DNA of 64,000 bases. It comes from an uncultured Candidatus Saccharibacteria bacterium. Lineage in GTDB: Bacteria; Patescibacteriota; Minisyncoccia; UBA6257; CAYRSR01. The first letter of the stretch is position 1; every line of letters starts with the position of its first letter. Location of the stretch: contig CAYRSR010000001.1 of NCBI GenBank assembly GCA_964427275.1, positions 20,394 to 84,393 of the forward strand, read 5' to 3'. This document shows, piece after piece, positions 19,293-28,585 of the stretch. Position numbers and translations under genes: made by a program. The notes under the pieces are model-generated. The model was given only the letters and a program-made list of their open reading frames with translations, was not told where the DNA came from and did not search any database.

Positions 19293-19889
19293 CTAAATCA
19301 AATCCAATCCGGGGTCAGAACCAATTTCGTAAATATTAGAATTATCTCCTCCATCCTTGCCTTCCAGGTCGCTATACTTGGTGCTCTCCATATTGCAGTT
19401 CAACTCAAAAGTCAGGGTAGAAGAAGAACAACCAAAGATGTAATAAAAGCCACCATCAACCCCTTCACCATTACTGCTATCATCATTAACTGGATCTAAT
19501 GGTAAAGATGATAAAGGAGAACCGGCAGGAATATCATTTAGATTAATTGCTACCCAGCCGGTACCATCAGTGGTAATATCATTATCAGCAGCGCAAGTTG
19601 CAGACGTGAATCCACCATCAGTATCATCCTTCGCGTAAACATTACCACTTCCAGTTTTCCCAGTACATTTACAGGCAGATTCTCCAGATTTGGGCATTTG
19701 CGGATTAGACACTGATACTAGATACAAACTTAAAGCTGATTGAATACTCTTTAAATCAGACATTCTCTGAGAGTCTCTGGCTTCCTTGAGCATCTGAGCT
19801 GGATTCATTACTACCGCTATCGTGGTTGCTATAATTGCCAGAATTGCAATAACTATCAATAGCTCAATTAAAGTAAATCCCCTCTTCAT
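19293..19889 (-). CDS. type IV major pilin (PilA-like)
   Basis: Canonical prepilin N-terminus MKRG-FTLIELLIVIAILAII with Glu+5. The ATG at 19889 is preferred over the upstream GTG at 19901. Confidence 0.85.
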   Translation of the reverse strand: MKRGFTLIELLIVIAILAIIATTIAVVMNPAQMLKEARDSQRMSDLKSIQSALSLYLVSVSNPQMPKSGESACKCTGKTGSGNVYAKDDTDGGFTSATCAADNDITTDGTGWVAINLNDIPAGSPLSSLPLDPVNDDSSNGEGVDGGFYYIFGCSSSTLTFELNCNMESTKYSDLEGKDGGDNSNIYEIGSDPGLDLI

Positions 19890-19983
19890 CCTTTTTGTCA
19901 CTTTTTTCGACCTTTGTTATTATTGTAAAACAAATAATTACAAGAATCAATTGGGAATTTGTTTTTAAAAAAATTACAAGGAT

Positions 19984-22900
19984 TTATTCTTTAAAGAAAT
20001 ATCGGTTTTGGTCTCTAGCTATAGTTACTAAAGTCCCCCTGGGAAGACCAGAGTTATTACAATTTAGAAAAGCTATGGTTATGAAATCTGAAGAATTAAG
20101 CTCGGATAAATTTTTATCTGAATTGTAAATTCCAGAAACTTTAATGACAATTTTCCCTGGTTTATCCTGTTTTGGAAAAACAATTTCTGAAAATGGCAGC
20201 GAATATCTTCTATAGCATATACAATCCTTTTTTTCAGCTAAAAACAGAGCTGGAGAATCCTTAATTTGACTGCATTGCTTATAATTTAACTTTAGCTGAG
20301 AATCATTTTGAATTATTTCAGAATCTCTGGCATTCAGGTTAAAGGAGATATTTTTAGCTGGCTGATTAAAATAAAATATTATTGCCTGCCAGGGATAATC
20401 ATTTTCAGGAATAAATGGATACTTACCAAATTCAAAACTTAACTCAACAGTTGAAGAAGAGTTTAAATGTCCCCACTGAATATTTTTAAGTCCTAATGGA
20501 TTTTTAATCTCAGGAACTGAATAATTGAACAATTTTGTTTCAGAATAAATTCCAAATTCATCTTTAGCTCTAACTGCTATTTGATACGTACTACCAGGAT
20601 AAACAGTTAACCTGACTGAATTTTCCACTTCCTGCCAATCTTTATCTTCTAAATTTTCAGGCAATTCAGCATATTTCAATTCATATTTCAACGACTTGTC
20701 CAATGAATCAACATCAGTTGATTTGAATTCCAGACAAAGTTCTGAATTATTCTCATCCAGGCTAGAACTGAGAATTTCTGGAATAATTGGTTTTTGATGA
20801 AAAGAAATATCATCCTGAAAGTAGTATTTAGTTCTATCTACAGCTACCAATCTAGCTGTAGTGTCAGAACTGGAGCTATAAAAGGCAATGGTTAAATAAT
20901 CTGAATTAGAAAGGTTATCAATATCAGCGTCATCAATCTTAATTTTTAAATGCAAGTCTTCTAACTGACTCCAGGGCATTGAACCAACTCCGGTCCATCC
21001 AGGTATCATCTGCTGGCTTTCAGTATCAGGCAAAATTAAACTGGTGCTGGTTCGTTCACTCTGGCTATATAAATTAACCCAGGTTAAGTACTTTAGCCTA
21101 ATAGCTTCATTGATTTCAGAACCCCAATATCCATACTTCTTTGCATTTTCGCTGGAGTCAACATAAAAACCGCTTGCCCCATCTAGCTGATTAATTTCAA
21201 CATTTGGGTCTTGATTTAAATAAAATATCAAAAACTTAAAGCTATCTCCCTGATTATAAATATCCGGAATAAATGGATATTTAGAATAGTACAAATCAAT
21301 AAATTGCTGGCCATTGTATTGATATAAATAAACCGAATCTAAAAACGAAGGAACTTTAATTTCAGTATAATTTTTTGAAGACAATAAACCATCTTTATCT
21401 CTGGCTCGAATTGAAAACTTATAATTTCGGCCAATTTCCAAAATTGGCTTGCAAACAGAATTTTCAGAAATTGGTTCAAAAATTAAACTGGTAGAAGAAT
21501 TGGAAATATCGGTAATTAAATAAGTTAAGTCAGAGTTACCTAAACAGTCAGTTGATTTCTCCCAGCTAAATTCAAGTTGCATCTTTTCAGAATTAAATTC
21601 AACTTCAAAGTTTGATGGAGTAGTCGGTCTTTCTCTTGGTTCAGGCAAGCTTTGGGAATTTTGAGGATTAGGAACATCTCTTAAATCAAAATCATTTAAG
21701 CTATCGGTATCGCATCCATTACCAGAAAACTCATATTCATTCTGAGCAACATAGCAAGTGTCATTCAAAATTGCTTTTCGTTCTAAAGATTTTCCTTTGG
21801 GAATATTTGAATAAGAAACTTTATCAACAACATCAGCAGTTTGATAATCGCCATTATACAAAACTATTGAATTGTTTGAATAAGCTAATAGCCCACTACT
21901 TACTGAATAATTAATATCTGGCTGTTTTTCTCCTGAATAATCCTTAGAACCAATCAAGAAAAAACCTCTAGCCGGAATAGTCCCGATAAATTTACCATCA
22001 TCTAATAAATTAGTTTCGGTTCCAGTAGAGGTTATTTTTCTTAACTCCCAGCCAGTTAAATCTACCGGTTTTGAAGCGGGATTGTAAAGCTCAACAAATT
22101 CATCATTAGGGTTTTCTTCAGTTCCAGCTTGAATTTCCGAAATAACTACATGGTCGGCTAATTTTGGCACCGGTTTTACTTCAATAATTTTGGAAACCTT
22201 CGAGCTGGCATTTTTATCATCAAAAATAGTTAAAGAAATTTGATAAGTTTTTGGCTCTGAGAATGAATGACTGATCAATTGAGTGGTAGTAGAGATGAAA
22301 CTTCCATCACCAAAATCCCAGTTATAAGAAGTAATTTTTCCATCTGAATCAAAAGAATTGCTGGCGTCAAAGTTAATCAGCTGATTGACTTTGGGATTTT
22401 GAGGTTGAAAATCAAAATCGGCAATTGGCAAGGAATTTGGAGGAGGACCAACCGAAATTGTAGTAGAAGTAGAATTAGATAAATTTTGGTCATCATAAAC
22501 AGTTAAAACCACCCGATAATTACCTGGCTCAACATAATGATGAAAAATGACCGTGCTGGTAGTAGAACTGGCAAAACCATCTCCAAAATCCCAATTATAG
22601 GAAATAATTTCTCCGTCAGAATCAGTTGAGGAAGAGGCGTCAAAAGTTATTTCGTCTTCAGTGGTCGGATTTTCAGGAGTACAAACAAAAAAAGCGCTTG
22701 GAGATTGGTTTATATGTTTTTTGTTTTCTTCTCCCGGCGAGGGATTTTCTTCAAGCCATTGTCCATCTATTTTTTGAAGAGATTTATTGTTGCCATCTGC
22801 TCCCCAAGTGTTTGAATATTCTACCTGGTCAATAATTTCATCGTTGTATTTTAAAGCAATTTCTTCGCCAGGATTGTTCTTCAGAGAATTAAAGGAAGAT

Positions 22901-23154
22901 TTAAAAAGAGGAGAAGTGCAATCAGGGAATTCCTCTTTAAACTTCTCTGGATTGTTGGAAATTACGGCATATTCGTTGGAAGAAATTTCTTTATTTCCTT
23001 GGAATAAAGAAACACTATGATTGGTTTTATCTTCGTAAAACTTTAAACAAGTTAAATCTATTTCTTTATTTCCTTTATTTTTTATCTCTATCCATTCTCT
23101 CCCTGAATCATTGCCTTCCGGATTATACATAATCTCAGTAATTTCTAATTGCAA
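19984..23154 (-). CDS. large secreted/surface protein with two lamin-tail (LTD) domains and two PKD domains
   Basis: LTD signatures (EIMYNPEGNDSGREWIEIKNKG; EIQAGTEENPNDEFVELYNP) and PKD signatures (YNWDFGDG, twice). 1056 aa as called with a TTG start. The frame is open further upstream with no ATG. Confidence 0.75.
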   Translation of the reverse strand: MQLEITEIMYNPEGNDSGREWIEIKNKGNKEIDLTCLKFYEDKTNHSVSLFQGNKEISSNEYAVISNNPEKFKEEFPDCTSPLFKSSFNSLKNNPGEEIALKYNDEIIDQVEYSNTWGADGNNKSLQKIDGQWLEENPSPGEENKKHINQSPSAFFVCTPENPTTEDEITFDASSSTDSDGEIISYNWDFGDGFASSTTSTVIFHHYVEPGNYRVVLTVYDDQNLSNSTSTTISVGPPPNSLPIADFDFQPQNPKVNQLINFDASNSFDSDGKITSYNWDFGDGSFISTTTQLISHSFSEPKTYQISLTIFDDKNASSKVSKIIEVKPVPKLADHVVISEIQAGTEENPNDEFVELYNPASKPVDLTGWELRKITSTGTETNLLDDGKFIGTIPARGFFLIGSKDYSGEKQPDINYSVSSGLLAYSNNSIVLYNGDYQTADVVDKVSYSNIPKGKSLERKAILNDTCYVAQNEYEFSGNGCDTDSLNDFDLRDVPNPQNSQSLPEPRERPTTPSNFEVEFNSEKMQLEFSWEKSTDCLGNSDLTYLITDISNSSTSLIFEPISENSVCKPILEIGRNYKFSIRARDKDGLLSSKNYTEIKVPSFLDSVYLYQYNGQQFIDLYYSKYPFIPDIYNQGDSFKFLIFYLNQDPNVEINQLDGASGFYVDSSENAKKYGYWGSEINEAIRLKYLTWVNLYSQSERTSTSLILPDTESQQMIPGWTGVGSMPWSQLEDLHLKIKIDDADIDNLSNSDYLTIAFYSSSSDTTARLVAVDRTKYYFQDDISFHQKPIIPEILSSSLDENNSELCLEFKSTDVDSLDKSLKYELKYAELPENLEDKDWQEVENSVRLTVYPGSTYQIAVRAKDEFGIYSETKLFNYSVPEIKNPLGLKNIQWGHLNSSSTVELSFEFGKYPFIPENDYPWQAIIFYFNQPAKNISFNLNARDSEIIQNDSQLKLNYKQCSQIKDSPALFLAEKKDCICYRRYSLPFSEIVFPKQDKPGKIVIKVSGIYNSDKNLSELNSSDFITIAFLNCNNSGLPRGTLVTIARDQNRYFFKE

Positions 23155-23400
23155 AGATTGTTGGTTTTCAGAAGGAATAACAGTTACAATTAAATTATCG
23201 CTATCTTTATTTCCAGCTGCATCTGAAACCTCTAAAGTTACAGTATTAGGTATTTGCCGATGAATAGCCCTGAAAAAATGGCTTTTCTCCTAACAAATCC
23301 GCTACTCCATCATTGTTAACATCCCAATTATAAGAAACAATCCCAATATTATCAGTTGAACCAGAAACAATGTAATATTTATAATAACGTTAAGCTATCA
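23155..23400 (-). pseudogene. frameshifted PKD-like fragment upstream of the LTD/PKD gene (possible disrupted 5' extension)
   Basis: Minus-strand translation gives ...IVSGSTDNIGIVSYNWDVNNDGVADLLGEK in one frame. After a T6 homopolymer it continues as AIHRQIPNTVTLEVSDAAGNKDSDNLIVTVIPSENQQSLQLEITEI, in frame with the main ORF. There are stops on both sides and no ATG. Confidence 0.3.
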
Positions 23401-23500
23401 CTCTGTTAATATCTTTTACTTGTAATAATGACATAATTATCAGGCAGATCCATGAAAAAAGAATTTAGAGGAACTTTACAGTTAAATTCAAGAAGCTTAT

Positions 23501-23773
23501 TTACAAGATTAGATTTTGTAAAGTTTGCAAATATTTTCTACCTTTACCTTTTTTAATATTTCTTGCTTTTACGCTTTCACCAGTTTCAAGATTTGTCAGT
23601 TTATAATTAAACATGCTATTATCATCAATTTTCTCAATTTCAATTTCAGCTGTTGGAATCCACGTGCAAACCGTAGGCATATCCCCGGGATTAATTAGCC
23701 ATTCAGATTCATCTATTAAAGAAATTTTTTCTCCATCATTTATCACTTCATATAATAACATTTTTTTGTTCAT
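23501..23773 (-). CDS. hypothetical protein
   Basis: 90-aa ORF with an ATG start. Confidence 0.4.
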   Translation of the reverse strand: MNKKMLLYEVINDGEKISLIDESEWLINPGDMPTVCTWIPTAEIEIEKIDDNSMFNYKLTNLETGESVKARNIKKGKGRKYLQTLQNLIL

Positions 23774-24020
23774 ATGATTAGAATTGAGTAGGATTAGTTA
23801 CTAACAAGCTATACACAAACTCACTGATTTTAAGCTCTACTCAAGCTAAAATTTTACTTAAAAAGATACAACCATAATTACTCTCTAATTGCATTAACCT
23901 TTGATTTGATTATAAGCAAATTTTATACTTAAATAAAGTGGCACGCTTGTACATTTCTACCAGGTAAAAAATAGGACAATTTTTGGGGTCTGACCTCCCT
24001 TGTTCAACGGCTAATTACGC

Positions 24021-24290
24021 CTATTTAGCCGTTGATTTAAATTGATAATAAACAAACCTACCGGTTTTGCCTACTTGTTCAATTGTTCCTTCCTTTTCTA
24101 ATTCATCCAAATAATTAGTAGCAGTAACATCAGAACAATTTAAAATCTCCTGAATATTATTATTGGCGATTTTCCTTTTTTCTTTTAATATTTCCAAAAT
24201 TTTTCTCTTACTCTCTTGCTTTTTCTTTATCCTGGCTTGAGTGGCTTTCTTTATACTATAACCAACAACATCTCTATCTTCATTTCTCAA
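24021..24290 (-). CDS. winged-helix DNA-binding protein, hypothetical regulator
   Basis: 89 aa. Basic N-terminus and a C-terminal wHTH-like segment (IQEILNCSDVTATNYLDELEKEGTIEQVGKTGRFVYY). TTG start only. Confidence 0.45.
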   Translation of the reverse strand: MRNEDRDVVGYSIKKATQARIKKKQESKRKILEILKEKRKIANNNIQEILNCSDVTATNYLDELEKEGTIEQVGKTGRFVYYQFKSTAK

Positions 24291-24333
24291 CTTCCTTACT
24301 CTTTTCTTTTTCCTAAAATTTCTTTTATAAAAG

Positions 24334-24681
24334 TTACTGGGATTTACACTTAATATGGAAAATTGATACTAAAAATAGAACTGCCACAATAAGGTCAATT
24401 ATCTGCCATAATTCTTTATCCAAATGAATAGGTAAGATGAGATTAAAGAGGATAGCCACTCCCATCATTAACCAAAGCCAGCTTTTCTTGTTAAGATTAT
24501 AAGCTACCCATAGCACGAAAAGGGCTAGTCCTGTAACAACCCAACGCAAAAGAATGTAATATCCGTAAGGCCATATTCCCGAAGGAATAGCAAGTAAAAG
24601 CATTAAAATAACAATTACCGAAGCAATATTCTTATTTCTAATTATATTTTTAAAAATTGTAGATTCTTCCACATGGGGCAT
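24334..24681 (-). CDS. integral membrane protein, hypothetical
   Basis: 115 aa with 3-4 TM helices. Confidence 0.5.
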   Translation of the reverse strand: MPHVEESTIFKNIIRNKNIASVIVILMLLLAIPSGIWPYGYYILLRWVVTGLALFVLWVAYNLNKKSWLWLMMGVAILFNLILPIHLDKELWQIIDLIVAVLFLVSIFHIKCKSQ

Positions 24682-24753
24682 TATATCTAATACAAGTTTA
24701 AAGTCAAGCGATCATATAAGATGAGTACATCTTCTTGAAAAACTTCGAAATAT

Positions 24754-25386
24754 ATGCTATCACTATTAGGAGTTATAGAAAACTTGATCAGGAGAACCTA
24801 TAAAACAATTTTATCTGGTCTGCTATCACTTTGTGCAATAGGAAGTCTTTTTTATATAGCTTGCGATACTAATACTTATGCGAGAGTAAAGAGATACTAT
24901 CGGAAAGACGGCACTTATATAAGACCTCACTATAGGAGTAACCCCGATGGTAATCCTCATAATAATTGGAGTTTTCCCGGTAATGTTAATCCATTTACAG
25001 GAAAGGTAGCACCTGGTAATCCGGGTACTTATTTAAAAAATTATTATAAGAAACCAGCACCTCCCTCTTGTAGAGTTCCTAAACCCAAAACCTCTCTGAC
25101 GCTAAAGTTTAGTCCTCAAGTGAGCCTTCTAACAAGATTATTATACCAAGAAATAAGAAATGGAGATGTTACAAAGCTTCAAAGGTTCGCTGTCTCTCAA
25201 GATTCAGATATTTATCCTGAGAAGTTGATTACTAGTTATTTTGGCCCTTTGACTGAAGCTGCGGTAGTTCACTTTCAAGAGAAATATACTAATAATATTT
25301 TAGCTCCCTGGAGTTTAATCAGGGAGACCGAAATTGTTGGCATTACCACTAGAGCAAAAATTAATGGAATATTGCTATTAAACTAA
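24754..25386 (+). CDS. membrane-anchored protein with C-terminal peptidoglycan-binding-like domain
   Basis: N-terminal TM. Proline-rich linker. C-terminal GPLTEAAVVHFQEKYT...INGIL resembles PG_binding_1. Confidence 0.55.
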   Translation: MLSLLGVIENLIRRTYKTILSGLLSLCAIGSLFYIACDTNTYARVKRYYRKDGTYIRPHYRSNPDGNPHNNWSFPGNVNPFTGKVAPGNPGTYLKNYYKKPAPPSCRVPKPKTSLTLKFSPQVSLLTRLLYQEIRNGDVTKLQRFAVSQDSDIYPEKLITSYFGPLTEAAVVHFQEKYTNNILAPWSLIRETEIVGITTRAKINGILLLN

Positions 25387-25399
25387 TAGGTAACGGTTT

Positions 25400-26137
25400 A
25401 TGAATATTTTTTTGAAAAAGAATAAAACCTTCATTGCAATAATAATAGCTGCTTTTATAATTGGTGGTTTTATTTATTTATCTAATTCCAGAATCAGCTT
25501 TCCCAGTCCAGAATCTCCCAAAGAAGAAATTCCCAACTTAAAAACAAAAAAGCAAGTTGTTCCTAAAGATGAATTACAATTATTTACCCAATTGCAGCAA
25601 ATTCTCAACGAGACAATGGAAGCCGAAAGAATCTCAGACAATCGTATTTATCTCCCTCGATTTCCTCATTATCAAAAAGAATTTGTTGAATTTGAAGAAA
25701 GCATTGCTAATCTTCCTCTTTTAGAGCAAGTAAAAAGAAAAGAGCTCTACGCAAAGGAGAATCCTGAATACCAAGCATATCGCAATGCTGTTACTAAACA
25801 GCTTGATAAAGTTTTCCAATGGGGATACCAAATTAGCAGGGGAAAAACATTAGCTATGACCTTGCACCAAATTATGGAAGGAGAAAAACAACCGAGTGAA
25901 ATCCAAGAACTATTAGAAAGATATGCAAAAGCATCTGTCAAATTTTGGAATCTTGAAGAAATATATTATTATTACAGCTTCTGTTATAGAACCCAACAAC
26001 AAATGGAAATATCTGATTGTCTCAATAATCAAGAGAAGCGGTTAGGAAAATTCCCTGATGATTTAGAACAACAACGTAATTCAGCACTTCTTACAGTAAT
26101 AATTTTAGGAAAAAAAATTGATGCTTTAGTTGAATAA
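25400..26137 (+). CDS. hypothetical protein with N-terminal TM anchor
   Basis: 245-aa ORF. Confidence 0.5.
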   Translation: MNIFLKKNKTFIAIIIAAFIIGGFIYLSNSRISFPSPESPKEEIPNLKTKKQVVPKDELQLFTQLQQILNETMEAERISDNRIYLPRFPHYQKEFVEFEESIANLPLLEQVKRKELYAKENPEYQAYRNAVTKQLDKVFQWGYQISRGKTLAMTLHQIMEGEKQPSEIQELLERYAKASVKFWNLEEIYYYYSFCYRTQQQMEISDCLNNQEKRLGKFPDDLEQQRNSALLTVIILGKKIDALVE

Positions 26138-26937
26138 AAACTTTCATAAATAAGCCTATGAAAGAAAAAAAAGAAAAATTGTGAGTGGATAAAATGGATT
26201 TTAATTACTCTTATTATTTATGTAGTGATTTATTTAATTTGTCCAAAATATGACTTTATCAGTAGCAGTGACAGAATGATATATGTATGTAATAAAATTA
26301 CTGGACAGTGCAGAAGAGCAACTAAGTATGATCGCCTCTGGTAAGATCTGAAGCTAAAGTCATCTGTTAGGTAAAGCCATTTCAGCTCTAAATTTAGGAT
26401 TTTCTCTGGAATTACTTAAAATCTTCTTAATCTGATTAATATAGTAGAGGATTTACTTCAGCTGTCTGAGCGATAATAGTTCTTAGAATCTGTCTTTTAA
26501 GTATACAATCTTCACAGTAACTTTCCTGAGTGACTACCAAAATTTTTAATTTACTTAAAGCAAAGCTCGCTTTAAGACCAATTGAGGAATTCATCTATAG
26601 ATGGGTTTGAAGGATAATTATATTGCCTATAAACCAAGCCAACATCAAGACTGCCATAGCTAACCCAGACTTTACTCACCTTTTTTAAGAAATTTTTTCA
26701 TAAAAATATATAATTGGCAAAATGCGTTACTACACAGATTAATTTTTTGTCAACTGGTCAAATTTTTAAAAATTTTTTGTAGGAAACATAATTTAGCAAA
26801 ACCTTATTACCAATTAATTTTTTGTTAAGCAGTTCAAAATAATTCAATGAACTATTAAACTATTTAAGTACTTGACTAGTTAGACACTTAAATACATTAA
26901 GAACAAAGAGTCAAATAATCAAAAATGAAAACCTGAA

Positions 26938-27489
26938 TTATCTACTCTGATTCAGATAAGCTTTCCTGATTAAATAGTAAAAAAGAGCAATGGTTATGAT
27001 AATTCCAAAAAGAACCTGCCAGCCAAAGTGCTGCTGTATAGTTAAACCTAATTTAGTTATTAGTAATACCAATCCCCCGGCAGTAAATACTCCCAAGCTA
27101 ATAGCAGAAAGAGCCTTTTTAAATGGAATACCAAATAAGAAGGCAATTAAACAACCAGTCCAGGCTCCGGTAACTGGAAGTGGAATAGCTACGAACAAAG
27201 CTAAAATCGGATGACCAAATTTTTTAATCTGTAAATTGTATTTTTTTCTAGTTCTTTTGAATAACCAGCTAAAAAATATTTCAAAAACTTTAAAATTTCT
27301 GGAAAGAAAATTAGTTATTTTTTCTAAAAATAGTAACAGAAAAATTACTGGAATTAAATTACCAGCTACAGATATTAAATAAGCAAGAACCGGATTTAAA
27401 CCATAAACTGTTAAAGCCACTGGAATAGAAACTCTTAATTCTCCAATTGGTGTCATAGCTAAAAGAAGAATTTTAATTAATTGATTCAT
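26938..27489 (-). CDS. small multidrug-export-like membrane protein (COG2426/Sm_multidrug_ex-like)
   Basis: The PIGELRVSIPVALTVYGLNPVLAYLISVAGNLIPV segment is typical of the family. The ATG at 27489 is preferred over the TTG at 27513. Confidence 0.5.
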   Translation of the reverse strand: MNQLIKILLLAMTPIGELRVSIPVALTVYGLNPVLAYLISVAGNLIPVIFLLLFLEKITNFLSRNFKVFEIFFSWLFKRTRKKYNLQIKKFGHPILALFVAIPLPVTGAWTGCLIAFLFGIPFKKALSAISLGVFTAGGLVLLITKLGLTIQQHFGWQVLFGIIITIALFYYLIRKAYLNQSR

Positions 27490-27556
27490 TTTTAGGTAGT
27501 GTAACAGAGTCAATTTCTAAATTAAAGTGGATTATGAACATATTCCCAACTATACT

Positions 27557-27600
27557 AACACCAACCACTTAAGTACTTAACTACTCAAGTACTTAAGTAG
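27557..27600. promoter_or_regulatory. 13-bp-stem hairpin / palindromic operator-like site between the Wzz-like gene and the downstream membrane gene
   Basis: AGTACTTAACTAC-tcaagtacttaa-GTAGTTAAGTACT, a perfect inverted repeat. The half-site AAGTACTT recurs at about 26870. Confidence 0.35.
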
Positions 27601-27741
27601 TTAAGTACTCAATCAAAACTCATAAAAACATCACATACAAATAAAAATAAGTAGGCGATAAAATAAGAATAAGAAAGTAGATGATTTACAATATTACCAA
27701 CACTTAGAGAAGATTATAAGTAATTACTTGGTAGAAATTTT

Positions 27742-28539
27742 TTAGGCTGATGCTTCTCTACTCTTTTTCCACCATTCTTTAATAAAAGCAGCAAATACTC
27801 CAATAAGTAACCCTAAAATTCCAGATATAGTTAGATTCTGAGCAACTTTTGGCCGAATTGGTCGGTCCAAAACTTGGGCAGATTTTATTACTTTAGTTGA
27901 TTCAATTTTGGTTAAAGCATTCTTCAATTCATTAATTTTCGATTTAGTCTCGCTGATTTCCTGTTTTTTAACTTCAAGTAAATTCAGTAAGGCATACCTT
28001 TCCGAGCCAGTTAACTTTTGAATGTCCTGTTCTAAGATTTTCCTTTCTTGCTCTAAAGAATTAACTTTTTGCTCCAGATTTCTAATATTATCATTTAAGA
28101 TATTTTGTTTAGCCGAAACTTTGAGCTGGTGTTGCTTTAAAATAACCTGATTTAAGTTATTCAAAGCTTTCCGAATCAACTGCTTATTAGTTGATTCAAT
28201 TTTAACTTCTATAAAACTGGTCTCACCTAAGACAGCTGACGATATTCTAATTAAAGGTTTTTCTTTTCTCCCAACTACTAAATCCGAATAAACTCCTTGA
28301 TTAATTTTTTCCACTAGTTCAGCCGGAGATTCAATTAATTCTGATACAACCTGACCAGTTTTGGGAACCAAAGTTCCTATCTGCCCAATTTCTAAAATTG
28401 CGGTTCCCTGATAAACTTTAGGAGCAACTAAATTTAAAATAATAGCTGTAACTATGATTATTCCAAAGATAGCTAAAATCAGCCACCTATGTTTAATAAT
28501 TACTTCTAGATAATCCACTAAGTTAACTTCTTCTTCCAT
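27742..28539 (-). CDS. Wzz-like polysaccharide chain-length determinant / PCP-family protein (no kinase domain)
   Basis: N-terminal TM (WLILAIFGIIIVTAIIL). APKVYQGTAILEIG Wzz motif. Periplasmic coiled-coil. C-terminal TM. The ATG at 28539 with an AAGGA SD is preferred over the TTG at 28629. Confidence 0.6.
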   Translation of the reverse strand: MEEEVNLVDYLEVIIKHRWLILAIFGIIIVTAIILNLVAPKVYQGTAILEIGQIGTLVPKTGQVVSELIESPAELVEKINQGVYSDLVVGRKEKPLIRISSAVLGETSFIEVKIESTNKQLIRKALNNLNQVILKQHQLKVSAKQNILNDNIRNLEQKVNSLEQERKILEQDIQKLTGSERYALLNLLEVKKQEISETKSKINELKNALTKIESTKVIKSAQVLDRPIRPKVAQNLTISGILGLLIGVFAAFIKEWWKKSREASA

Positions 28540-28585
28540 ATATTTTTTACTGTCCTTAGTATAGTAGCCTGTTTTGTCTATTTTG

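Noticed and set aside
22626-23020. Plus-strand ORFs antisense to the LTD/PKD gene
   Set aside because: Antisense artefacts within a 3.2-kb coding region.
24003-24035. Hairpin CAACGGCTAA-n10-TTAGCCGTTG overlapping the stop codon of the 24021-24290 gene
   Set aside because: The stop codon lies in the loop and no T-tract follows on the gene strand. It may be coincidental. It is not reported as a terminator.
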